Source: Candidatus Intricatilinea gracilis
GTDB taxonomy: Bacteria; Pseudomonadota; Gammaproteobacteria; Burkholderiales; Burkholderiaceae_C
Assembly (NCBI GenBank): GCA_016702605.1
Contig: JADJDQ010000007.1
Span: 112,293 to 176,292 of the forward strand
Length of the DNA stretch: 64,000 bases
Direction: 5' to 3'
Position numbers and translations under genes: made by a program. Position 1 is the first letter of the stretch. Each line of letters begins with the position of its first letter. Positions 32,510-40,989 of the stretch are shown one piece after another. The notes beneath the pieces were generated by a model. The model made no database searches, was not told where the DNA came from, and was given only the letters and a program-made list of their open reading frames with translations.

Positions 32510-34027
32510 TCAGAACCGGGGCAGATCGGCGAAGGGCAGCAGGCCACGCTTGACGTGCATCTTTCCGTATTCGGCGCAGCGGTGCAGCGTGGGGATGACC
32601 TTGCCCGGATTGAGCAGCTCCACCGGGTCGAAGGCACGTTTCACGCCGCGCATCTGCTCGTGTTCGGCCGGCGAGAACTGCACACACATCGAGCTGAGTT
32701 TCTCGATGCCCACGCCGTGTTCACCCGTCACCGTGCCACCCAGCATCACGCTGGTCTCGAGGATGTCGGCGCCGAACAACTCGCAGCGGCGCAGCTGATC
32801 CGGGTCGGCAGCATCGAACAGGATCAGCGGGTGCAGATTGCCGTCGCCGGCATGGAAGACGTTGGCGCAGCGCAGGCCGTATTTCTGCTCCATCTCGGCG
32901 ATGGCCAGCAAGATGTCGGCCAGGCGCTTGCGCGGGATGGTCGAGTCCATGCACATGTAGTCGGGGCTGATGCGCCCGCTGGCCGGGAAGGCGTTCTTGC
33001 GCCCGCTCCAGAACCGCAGGCGCTGCGCCTCACTCTCGCTCACCTCGATGGCCGTGGCGCCGCAGCGGCGCAGCACCTCGACCATACGGCCGATTTCCTC
33101 TTCGACCTCTTCGGGTGTGCCGTCGCTTTCACACAGCAGGATGGCGGCGGCGTTCAGGTCGTAGCCGGCGTGCACGAAGTCCTCGACCGCGGCGGTCATG
33201 GGCTTGTCCATCATCTCGAGGCCGGCCGGGATGATGCCGGCAGCGATCACGCTGGCCACCGCGTCGCCGGCCTTTCGCATGTCGTCGAAGCTGGCCATGA
33301 TGCAGCGCGCCAGCAGCGGCTTGGGCACCAGCTTGACGAGCACCTCGGTGACGACGGCCAGCATGCCTTCGCTGCCGACCATCAGGCTCAGCAGGTCCAG
33401 GCCGGGGCAGTCGAGTGCGCCCGAGCCGAACTCGACCAGCTCACCCTCGATGGTGTAGCCGCGCACCATCAGCACGTTGTGCAGCGTCAGGCCGTACTTG
33501 AGGCAATGCACGCCGCCCGAGTTCTCGGCCACGTTGCCGCCGATGGTGCAGGCGATCTGGCTGGATGGGTCGGGCGCGTAGTACAGGCCGTGCCTGGCGA
33601 CGGCTTCGCTGATCGCCAGGTTGCGCACGCCGCATTGCACAAGCGCCGTGCGCGCGGCGGTGTCGACCTTCATGATCTTGTTGAACTTGGCCAGGCTGAG
33701 CGTTACACCCAGCTCGTGCGGCAACGCGCCGCCCGACAGGCCCGTGCCGGCGCCACGCGCCACCACCGGTACCGTCAGTTGATGGCAGGCGCGCAGCAGC
33801 GCAGCCACCTGCGCACTGGTTTCGGGCAGCGCCACCACCAGCGGCTGCTGGCGGTAGGCGGTGAGGCCGTCACATTCGTACGGCACCGTGTCTTCGCGCC
33901 GCCAGAGCAGGGCGTGCGGCGGCAGCAGATGGGTCAGGGCGGCGACCACCTCGGCCCGCCGGTGCTGGCGCTCGGTGGCCGTCGTTGCGCCCACCGCAGT
34001 GGCTTGCGGGGTGGCGGCTGTATTCAT
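32510..34027 (-). CDS. glcD: glycolate oxidase subunit GlcD (FAD-linked oxidase)
   Basis: 505 aa with VVARGAGTGLSGGA, GYTIEGELVEFG and GTVTGEHGVGIEK. It is the first gene of the same-strand glcD-glcE-lrgA-lrgB-glcF run. Confidence 0.92.
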   Translation of the reverse strand: MNTAATPQATAVGATTATERQHRRAEVVAALTHLLPPHALLWRREDTVPYECDGLTAYRQQPLVVALPETSAQVAALLRACHQLTVPVVARGAGTGLSGGALPHELGVTLSLAKFNKIMKVDTAARTALVQCGVRNLAISEAVARHGLYYAPDPSSQIACTIGGNVAENSGGVHCLKYGLTLHNVLMVRGYTIEGELVEFGSGALDCPGLDLLSLMVGSEGMLAVVTEVLVKLVPKPLLARCIMASFDDMRKAGDAVASVIAAGIIPAGLEMMDKPMTAAVEDFVHAGYDLNAAAILLCESDGTPEEVEEEIGRMVEVLRRCGATAIEVSESEAQRLRFWSGRKNAFPASGRISPDYMCMDSTIPRKRLADILLAIAEMEQKYGLRCANVFHAGDGNLHPLILFDAADPDQLRRCELFGADILETSVMLGGTVTGEHGVGIEKLSSMCVQFSPAEHEQMRGVKRAFDPVELLNPGKVIPTLHRCAEYGKMHVKRGLLPFADLPRF

Positions 34028-34377
34028 GTCGGTCTCCTCGAACCCTATTGCTTGCGAGCTTTCAGCGTATCACCAACGCAGTGAACAGCCGCTGTCACGC
34101 CGGTGAGGCCCGACGTGCGGGCCGATCGGTGCGGGCTCGTGCGGTGTGGGCAGGGCGGACCACGCGCGACGCCGCCCGCGGCCCGGCGAGTGCCGAATGT
34201 AGGGGTGGGCCGACCCGGGCGCGTGAAACTTGGCGACCCCGCACGTGAGGCTTTTTCAGCCTGCTGATGTCGTCTGCCAGTGGCGACCTGCGCGTGGCTC
34301 GGCAACCGCAGGCGTCACGCGCACTTCAAGGGGCAGCCTGGCCAGCGGATCTGCCGCGCAACGGCCGCCATGCGGAC

Positions 34378-34824
34378 TCAACCGGGGATGTCGGGCTCCA
34401 CCAGCTGCGCCAGTTGCACCAGCGACTCCTGCCAGCCGAGGTAACACATCTCCACCGGGATGACGGCCGGGATGCCGGCCTGCACCACACTCAGCTCGGT
34501 GCCGCACGACACCGGCTTCAAGGTCACGGTCACCTCCATCTCGCCGGGCAGGTTGGGGTCGTCGAACTTGTCGACATAACGCAGCAGGGTGGGGGGCACC
34601 AGTTCCAGATACCGGCCGCCGAACGAGTGGCCGTTGCCGCTGCCGAAGTTGGTGAACGACATGCGAAAGCCGCCGCCCACTCGCGCATCCATTTCGTGCA
34701 CGGTGCAGGTGAAGCCATACGGCGGCAGCCACTTGGCCAGGGCCGGGCCATCCAGAAAGGCCTTGTAGATCTTCTCGGGCGGGCAACGCAACACGCGGTG
34801 CAGGCGAACGGTTCCGGTGGTCAT
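34378..34824 (-). CDS. SRPBCC domain protein (AHSA1/START-like)
   Basis: 148 aa: VRLHRVLRCPPEKIYKAFLDGPALAKWLPP...GGGFRMSF...GRYLELVPP..L, the Aha1-like SRPBCC pattern. Confidence 0.8.
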   Translation of the reverse strand: MTTGTVRLHRVLRCPPEKIYKAFLDGPALAKWLPPYGFTCTVHEMDARVGGGFRMSFTNFGSGNGHSFGGRYLELVPPTLLRYVDKFDDPNLPGEMEVTVTLKPVSCGTELSVVQAGIPAVIPVEMCYLGWQESLVQLAQLVEPDIPG

Positions 34825-34997
34825 GGTGGGGCCTTTGGCAATGGACGTTGGGCCGTCGGACTCTACGTCGGCATGACGCCCGGCGCGGCAATGCGGGCAT
34901 CACACGTCCTCATCCGGACTTGTGGTTTCGATGCGAGCGCAGGGGCAATCTGGCGGCCGGCCCCGCACAATGGATGCTTGGACACGGGAGTCTGACC

Positions 34998-35228
34998 ATG
35001 AGCGACCTTGTGATGGAACTTGCCGAGCGTGGGCGCACCCTCGACCCCAAGGATCGAGAGCGCCTGGTCGACCTGCTGCTCGACTCACTCGAAGAAGCGC
35101 CGGACCCGTCGGTCGAAGAGGCCTGGCGACTCGAGATTCGCCGACGGGTCGCCGCCTACGAACGAGGCGAATCCACCCTCTTCGACGCCGACGAGGTGAT
35201 GGCCGAAGCCAGGCTGCTCGCCCGGTGA
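34998..35228 (+). CDS. addiction-module antitoxin (TIGR02574-type component)
   Basis: MSDLVMELAERGRTLDPKDRERLVDLLLDSLEE..DPSVEEAWRLEIRRRVAAYERGE, the characteristic helical antitoxin motif. Its stop overlaps the GTG start of the toxin gene. Confidence 0.8.
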   Translation: MSDLVMELAERGRTLDPKDRERLVDLLLDSLEEAPDPSVEEAWRLEIRRRVAAYERGESTLFDADEVMAEARLLAR

Positions 35229-35527
35229 AAAGGCTTCGTTTCGATGCCGCAGCACGGCTCGAACTGATGCACGAGATCCAGTACTACGGCGCTACCCGAC
35301 CCGGCACCGGCATCAAGTTCCAGGCGGCGATGCAGGTTGCGCTGGACCGCATCGAGCGCCATCCCGTCTCGGGGCGGCCCGACGAAGCCGACTGCCGCAG
35401 GATGCGCATCAAGGGATTTCCTTTCTCGGTCGTGTACCGCGAAGAGTCGAGCGAAATCATCATCTACGCGGTCCGACCCGACGCCCGGGAGCCCGGGTAC
35501 TGGATCGACCGAATTCGGCGACGATGA
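35225..35527 (+). CDS. RelE/ParE family toxin
   Basis: From GTG 35225: (M)KRLRFDAAARLELMHEIQYYGATRPGTG..F...VALDRIERHP..G...RRMRIKGFPFSVVYREESSEIIIYAV, the ParE/RelE fold pattern. Confidence 0.8.
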   Translation: MKRLRFDAAARLELMHEIQYYGATRPGTGIKFQAAMQVALDRIERHPVSGRPDEADCRRMRIKGFPFSVVYREESSEIIIYAVRPDAREPGYWIDRIRRR

Positions 35528-35603
35528 AATCGGCGCGCGACGCGGATCAAGAGGCTGAGATTCAGGTAACTTGCTGCTGGCACACTGTCGCCAAATCCAA
35601 ACC

Positions 35604-36099
35604 ATGAATCAAGTAAGAATCTGTTCCACCATCTTTCTGGGGATCATGGTGTTGTGCGGCGGTGCCGTAGGCGCCGATCGCTTGAATCGTTTGAAAACAA
35701 CATACGGTAGCTCCGATCGAGTATGTGTCGAAGTCGGACGAATGATCGCGAAGATGCCGGCAGCCGATTTCTGGGACGGCGGATGGCCGCGGTCGTTTGG
35801 AGGACACAAGTGGATCGAGGACGTATGGCCGGCCATTGGGACTACCGGCGAGCATTTCGACATCCGCTTCAAGTATTCCTATGGTGATCTTTTCAAACAA
35901 GGTGGACATGGTTCCGGTTGAATTGCACTTGTGGCCCTGGGAAGGGAGAACTTACCTGCTCTTGAAGGAGCACAATTTCGCAAAACCCCGCGAACGGCAC
36001 GTCAATGGATTTGCTGTCGCCAGCCTCGCAAAGGCCGAGATATCCGGAAAGGACCGGACAATACATCCTACTTTGGTGTGTAGATTCACCTTGCAGTGA
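35604..36099 (+). pseudogene. low-GC orphan ORF pair (35604..35921 and 35908..36099); possibly one frameshifted gene for a secreted protein
   Basis: The first ORF starts with a signal-peptide-like MNQVRICSTIFLGIMVLCGGAVGA. The second frame overlaps it by 14 nt and has no convincing RBS of its own. The region is about 45-55% GC by hand count against about 65-70% in the flanks. The coding strand is uncertain because antisense ORFs also exist. Confidence 0.3.
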
Positions 36100-36149
36100 T
36101 GGCAAGTTGCGCAATAGGGTGCTGAAAACAAGCAGCAGGCACGACCCGG

Positions 36150-37031
36150 TCAAGCCAGCGCCTGCCTCAGCCAGTCGACGAAGGCGGCACATTCCCAGCG
36201 CTCCAGCGTGCCGGGTTTCCAGCACAGGAAGTGGTGGTTGGGCGAGGCCACCTGGCGCGGCGACAGGCGCACCAGGCGGCCGCTGTCGAGCCAGTCACGG
36301 CCGAGTTTCAGGCGCATGAGCGTGACACCGAAGCCGGCCGCGGCGGCGTCGCACATCAGGCCGACGTCGTTGAACTGGGCACCTTCGCGCGGCTCGGGCA
36401 GGGCCAGGCCGACGGCCTTGAACCAGGTGCTCCAGGGCTCCAGCGGGCTGCGGATGATGCGGGCGCGTGACACGTCGGCGAGTTTGTCGAACTCGCCGAA
36501 GGGGCCGAACTCGTGCAGGTAGTCGGGGCTGGCGCAGGGGCAGACCTCGTCGCTGAGGATGCGCACCTGCTCCACCCCGGTGTAGGGGCCGGTGCCGAAA
36601 CGCACCTCGATGTCGGCCTCTTCGGCCTTGACGTCGAGCAGCGGGATGGCCACCTGCAGCGTCAGCTCGATCTCGGGGTAGGCGTGGCGGAACATGGCCA
36701 GGCGCGGCAGCAGGATCTGGCGCGAGAAGGTGGGTGTCACCGCCAGCCGCAGCTTGGCTGTGCCCAGGGCGGGTGCGCTGCCAGGCATCTGCTGCAGCGC
36801 CTGCAGGCCCTGGCGCACATGGCCGAGGTAGGCGGCGCCGTCGGCCGTGAGGCTGAAGTCGCTGCGGGCGAACAGGCGCACACCGAGCTGGGTTTCGAGC
36901 TGGCGCATGCGGTGGCTCACCGCGCTGGGCGTGACGCTCAGTTCCTCGGCCGCCAGCGTGACGCTGCGCAGCCGCGCCAGTGCCTCGAAGCTGAGCAGGC
37001 AGTGGATCGGCGGGATACGGGGTGCGGCCAT
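36150..37031 (-). CDS. LysR family transcriptional regulator (GcvA-like)
   Basis: IPPIHCLLSFEALARLRSVTLAAEELSVTPSAVSHRMRQLE is a LysR wHTH. The start at ATG 37031 is preferred (AAGG 7 nt upstream). Confidence 0.85.
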   Translation of the reverse strand: MAAPRIPPIHCLLSFEALARLRSVTLAAEELSVTPSAVSHRMRQLETQLGVRLFARSDFSLTADGAAYLGHVRQGLQALQQMPGSAPALGTAKLRLAVTPTFSRQILLPRLAMFRHAYPEIELTLQVAIPLLDVKAEEADIEVRFGTGPYTGVEQVRILSDEVCPCASPDYLHEFGPFGEFDKLADVSRARIIRSPLEPWSTWFKAVGLALPEPREGAQFNDVGLMCDAAAAGFGVTLMRLKLGRDWLDSGRLVRLSPRQVASPNHHFLCWKPGTLERWECAAFVDWLRQALA

Positions 37032-37149
37032 CACTGCCTTTCTCATGCGGGTGGCGTCGATGCGGATGTGCCGGTGCCTGCCCATGTCATGGCGCGGGCT
37101 GCGGGGGACGCGAGTCGGATCGTGCGCGTTGCGGAGCTGCGCGTCCCGG

Positions 37150-38679
37150 TCAGGCGGGTGTGGTGCGCAGCACGGTCAACACGCCGGTGTAGCCGTAGAG
37201 GTGGTGGCGCGCGATCTCGCCGCCGGCAAAGAAGCCGATCAGCGGCACGTCGCCCAGGGCGTGTTGAACGATCTTGAGTTCGGCCGACGGTGAACCGAAG
37301 TGTGGACCGCCGCGGCCGGCGCAGCTGACGTAGATCGCTGCGGCGACCTGGTCCTCGGGGCGTTGCGGCGCCGGGGCGAGGTCGCCGGACGTTGCGGCCG
37401 GGCTGGCTGCGGCCGCTGCATCGGCTGGTGTTGCCGCGGGCTTGCCGGCGCTGCTGGCCTGGTTGCGCGTCGCTGCGTCGCCGCCGCTGTCTGCACCGGA
37501 CGATGTGTCCGCGGTGGCGGCTGAACCGGCCGACGTGGACGAGATCGGCGAGTCGTGGTCGTCGACGCGTCCGGCGCTGCCCGGGTCACCCAGGTTCCCC
37601 AGACCACCAAGCGCCACACGCCAGTCGGGCAGGCCGGCGGCCGACAGGTCGAGCAGGGTGCCGGTGTCGTCGGCGGCGGGGCTGAGTTCCTCGCGGATCT
37701 CGCTGCAGATCCGCATCAGGTCGCGCCGCGCGGCTTCGGTGTCGCGCTGGCAGAAGGCAAGCTGCTGGCCGGGTTCGACCAGTTCGGCGATCGCCACGCC
37801 GCGGCGTGTCGGGTCCAGGCCCAACACATGGCGCACCCGCGTGTCGGTGCCGAACTGGCCACGCCGGGCCAGCATGTCGTGGCCGGCGTCTGCAATGCCG
37901 GCCAGTGTGGTGCGCAACTTGCCCATGGCCTGGCGCGGCTGGCCGAGGTCGAGCGCCAGGTCTTCGACCAGGCAGTCGAGGGCGGGGCGGCCATCGAGTT
38001 CGAGCACCAGATTGCGCTCGCTGCGTGTGATGCGACGGGTCGGCCCGACCGGTGCACAACCTTGCGTGACCCGCGACACCAGGCCGACCTCGTGGGTGAA
38101 CGCCACGCCGCTGACACCGCCTTGATACACCGCGTCGGCAATGGTGACGGTGCGCCCGCGCGACGACGCCAGGCCGCCGAAGAGGTAACCGCTGTCGGTG
38201 CGTCCGGCCAGTTCGGTGAGCAGGTCGGGCAGGTCGGCGGCGTGGCCGTCGGCATGCACCAGCGCAGCCCAGGCGGCCGATTGCGAGGCCGGCACGAGAC
38301 CAGGCCAGCCGCCGGGTTTGGGCAGGGGTTGTTCACCCGAGAAGATGCGGAACTGCTCGTGGGGCAACTTGCCCAGCAGCAGCGCCAGCGCCGGCTGGTC
38401 GAAGTATTCGACGCCGTTCGCCGCGATGCCCACACCCACACTGCCGACCCACGATGCCTGCGGCCAGCGTTGCTGCAACTCGGCCAGCAGGGCCTCGGCC
38501 GCGTCGGCATAGTGATCGGTGAAATAGACCAGGCCAAGTGTGGGCTCATGCGCCTCAGCGGGATCGGTGGGCGATTGCTCGCGCTGCGCCGCCAAGCCGG
38601 CGTCGATCTGCGCTGCCGACAGGGCCAGCGCCATGCGCCAGTCCGGGTGGGTGGCGTGGCCGAGCAGGAAGGGCGACAT
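37150..38679 (-). CDS. FIST-domain signal-transduction protein (FIST_N + FIST_C) with a large disordered insertion
   Basis: From ATG 38679 (MSPFLLGHATHPDW...). The C-terminal ...IYVSCAGRGGPHFG...LIGFFAGGEI is the FIST_C signature. The track ORF extends to 39213 only by overlapping phaM. Confidence 0.75.
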   Translation of the reverse strand: MSPFLLGHATHPDWRMALALSAAQIDAGLAAQREQSPTDPAEAHEPTLGLVYFTDHYADAAEALLAELQQRWPQASWVGSVGVGIAANGVEYFDQPALALLLGKLPHEQFRIFSGEQPLPKPGGWPGLVPASQSAAWAALVHADGHAADLPDLLTELAGRTDSGYLFGGLASSRGRTVTIADAVYQGGVSGVAFTHEVGLVSRVTQGCAPVGPTRRITRSERNLVLELDGRPALDCLVEDLALDLGQPRQAMGKLRTTLAGIADAGHDMLARRGQFGTDTRVRHVLGLDPTRRGVAIAELVEPGQQLAFCQRDTEAARRDLMRICSEIREELSPAADDTGTLLDLSAAGLPDWRVALGGLGNLGDPGSAGRVDDHDSPISSTSAGSAATADTSSGADSGGDAATRNQASSAGKPAATPADAAAAASPAATSGDLAPAPQRPEDQVAAAIYVSCAGRGGPHFGSPSAELKIVQHALGDVPLIGFFAGGEIARHHLYGYTGVLTVLRTTPA

Positions 38680-38696
38680 GGCGCGGCGCTCGTTGC

Positions 38697-39683
38697 TCAA
38701 TCGTCGGACTGGCCAGGGCTGCGGCGAGGTGTCGCCTTGCCGGTGCCGGCCGATTTGCCGGCGGCCTTGACGGCAGGTTTGGCGCCCGGCTTGTTGTCCG
38801 CCTTGATTGCAGCCTTTTTGGCCGCCGCCTTGGTGGCCGGCTTGGATGCTGGTTTTGGCGTGGGGGCGGCCTTGGCTCGGGTTCTGCCGGTGCCGCCTGA
38901 TCCCACCGCCTTGCTGGTCGTGGCGGCGGGTTTGGCTGGTGCCACAACACTGCCGGCGGCCATCTGCTGCACCTGCTGCACCACCTGGCTGGCCTGAGCC
39001 GCCACCTGGCCGACGGCGTTGCTGACCGCCTGGTTGGCGGCCTCGGCTGCGGCCTGGCCGGCCTGCGCCACTTCGGCGGCCTGCGCGGTGGCCTGGGCCG
39101 TGGCAGTCTGCACCGCATCGGCCATGCTGGCCGCCATGGGTGCGGCCTCGTTGGCAGCCTGCACGGCGTTGGCGGCGAGCTGGGTGAACTGCTGGGTCAG
39201 CGAGTTCCACCACTGCATGGCGTCGACCATGCCGGCTGCCGCCTGGGCCGTGACCTGGGCCGCCGCTTCGTTGGCTGCCTCGGTGGCCGCAGCGGCTGCC
39301 GCGCCGCCGTCGTCATGCCCATTGCCGGTTGCCGTGCTGGCCGACGAACTGGCGAAGCTGGACGACGCCGGCTCGGGCATGCGCACCTTGAGCGATTCCT
39401 GCAAGTCGGTGAGGCTCAGGTTCATGCCCTTGATGGTCGACAGCGTCATCTTCTGCACTTCGAGCGCCTGGATGGTGGCGCCGAGCATGCGGCTGTTCTG
39501 GTCGAGCCAGAACTGCACGGTGCGCAACTCGTCGATCTTGCGTTCGAGTTCGGCCGGGTCGAGCGACGGCGCGATCCACTGGCCGATGTTGGGCAGGGTC
39601 GACCCGGCGCTTTTCATCAGCCCTTGCAGGAAGTCGAAGCCGGGGACAAATTTGCCGAAGTCGGTGTTGGTGGACGTGCTCAT
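38697..39683 (-). CDS. phaM: PhaM family PHA-granule / nucleoid-binding protein
   Basis: From ATG 39683 behind GAGGAAG: MSTSTNTDFGKFVPGFDFLQGLMK...WIAPSLDPAELERKIDELRTVQFWLDQNSRMLGATIQALEVQKMTLSTIKGMN, the conserved PhaM N-terminus. The C-terminal tail is Lys/Ala/Pro-rich and histone-H1-like. Confidence 0.85.
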   Translation of the reverse strand: MSTSTNTDFGKFVPGFDFLQGLMKSAGSTLPNIGQWIAPSLDPAELERKIDELRTVQFWLDQNSRMLGATIQALEVQKMTLSTIKGMNLSLTDLQESLKVRMPEPASSSFASSSASTATGNGHDDGGAAAAAATEAANEAAAQVTAQAAAGMVDAMQWWNSLTQQFTQLAANAVQAANEAAPMAASMADAVQTATAQATAQAAEVAQAGQAAAEAANQAVSNAVGQVAAQASQVVQQVQQMAAGSVVAPAKPAATTSKAVGSGGTGRTRAKAAPTPKPASKPATKAAAKKAAIKADNKPGAKPAVKAAGKSAGTGKATPRRSPGQSDD

Positions 39684-39766
39684 CTTGTCTTCCTCGTGGT
39701 GGTCTGTGGTGGCTGCCATCGTCGCCTGTGGCGCGGGCCAGCGTCGTCAAGTCTGTGGTTGATCGA

Positions 39767-40951
39767 TCAGATTGTGCGCTTGCGGGTGCTGCCGCGCCGG
39801 GCCTTGGCGGGTGCCACCGTCGGGCTGGCGGGTGATGCCTCGGCGCTGTTCTCGGCGTCAGGTGCGGCATCAGGTGAGACATCACCTGCAACGGCAAACG
39901 CGGCATTGCCCGGCGCATCGATCTCGGCGTTGACGCCAGTGTCGGCAGATGCTGCACCAGGCACCATGGCGCTCGCCCGAGGCATGGCACGTGGACTGCT
40001 GCCACCTGAAGCGCCTGGCGTTGGTTCAGCTGCTGTCCACCCGGCAAGACCCAGGCTGATGCGGTCGAACAGGCTCAGGCCATCGCGGCCGACGATGTCC
40101 AGCTCGACGCTGTCGGCCAGCGCCCGCGCGTCGGTGTCGATCAGCGACTCGGCGGCTTGTGGCGGCGCCTCGTCGAGCCAGTCGCAGCCGAACACGGCGC
40201 CGGCGCGCACGCGGCGATGGCGCGCCGCCCAGGCCAGCAACTGGCCGTGGTGCCAGCGCTGGTGTTTGCCCGGCACGTCGCTGGCCTGGCTCTGGCGTTT
40301 CTTGCTGGCGCGGCTCAGCCATTGCAACTGCAGCGGCAGATCCAGCCGTCCACCCGACCAGGCACCACTGGCTTCGTCGGGTGTCACAAGCACGGGGGCC
40401 CAGTGCGGCGCGAGCTGGGCGTCGACATCGGCGCGCGCCCGGTTGCCTGGGGCGGCGTCGACATCACTCAGACTCCAGCGGCTGTACAGGCCCAGCAGCC
40501 GGATGGCTTCGAGCGCCTGGGCCGGGCTGGCGCCCATGGCCAGCTCGCCGGTGAAGACCGCCACGCCGGCGGCCACGCGCGCCACGCGACGCCCGTCAGG
40601 CAGGTCGAGTTCGCCGCGCGGACGACCCATGTCGTCGCCCGCGCCGGCCTGCAGCATGGGCTGTTTGGCGGTGTCGGCCGGGTCGGCGTCGAGGGTTTGC
40701 CAGGCCCAGCTGGCGGCGCGTGGCAGTGGCGCCAGGCACAAGGCCGGGTCGAAGGCAAAGGCGTGGCGCGATTTGCCGTGATTGAGTGTGAGGTAGAGGT
40801 CGTGCAGTTGCGGCGCGACGAAGTTCCAGTCGTCCAGCAACTGCTGCAGCCGGGTGGCCTGGGTGTTCGCAAACGCGGCGGTGCTCAGGTCGCGAGAGAC
40901 GACGACCAGATGGCCGTCGCGGCTGCCGTCCTGATAAGTGGCGAGTTTCAT
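39767..40951 (-). CDS. fumarylacetoacetate hydrolase (FAH) family-like protein, apparently degenerate, with a low-complexity C-terminal extension
   Basis: The N-terminus MKLATYQDGSRDGHLVVVSRDL....LQQLLDDWNFVAPQLHDLY matches the Burkholderiales FAH-family N-terminus I recall. The central catalytic region is poorly conserved. Confidence 0.65.
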   Translation of the reverse strand: MKLATYQDGSRDGHLVVVSRDLSTAAFANTQATRLQQLLDDWNFVAPQLHDLYLTLNHGKSRHAFAFDPALCLAPLPRAASWAWQTLDADPADTAKQPMLQAGAGDDMGRPRGELDLPDGRRVARVAAGVAVFTGELAMGASPAQALEAIRLLGLYSRWSLSDVDAAPGNRARADVDAQLAPHWAPVLVTPDEASGAWSGGRLDLPLQLQWLSRASKKRQSQASDVPGKHQRWHHGQLLAWAARHRRVRAGAVFGCDWLDEAPPQAAESLIDTDARALADSVELDIVGRDGLSLFDRISLGLAGWTAAEPTPGASGGSSPRAMPRASAMVPGAASADTGVNAEIDAPGNAAFAVAGDVSPDAAPDAENSAEASPASPTVAPAKARRGSTRKRTI

Positions 40952-40989
40952 GGGGGGATCCGGTGGCGCGGCATTGTAGATTTCGCCCC

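Noticed and set aside
32303-34084. 593-aa plus-strand ORF antisense to glcD. Similar cases: 28848..30116 antisense to glcF, 42947..44893 and 45948..47168 antisense to metH, 59635..60900 and 60422..61834 around the EmrA-like gene, 9042..10418 antisense to the DUF599/DUF2277 genes, and 11172..12725 antisense to the LysR/gluQ genes
   Set aside because: In every case the opposite strand or another frame carries a clearly recognisable conserved protein. The shadow translations are low-complexity Arg/Ala/Gly/Pro strings, as expected from a lack of stop codons in GC-rich DNA.
38680-39213. N-terminal 178 codons of the 687-aa track ORF 37150..39213 (which would make the FIST protein much longer)
   Set aside because: This part overlaps phaM in another frame and translates to Arg/Gly/Gln-rich nonsense. 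The FIST homology begins at MSPFLLGH (ATG 38679), 17 nt after the phaM stop.
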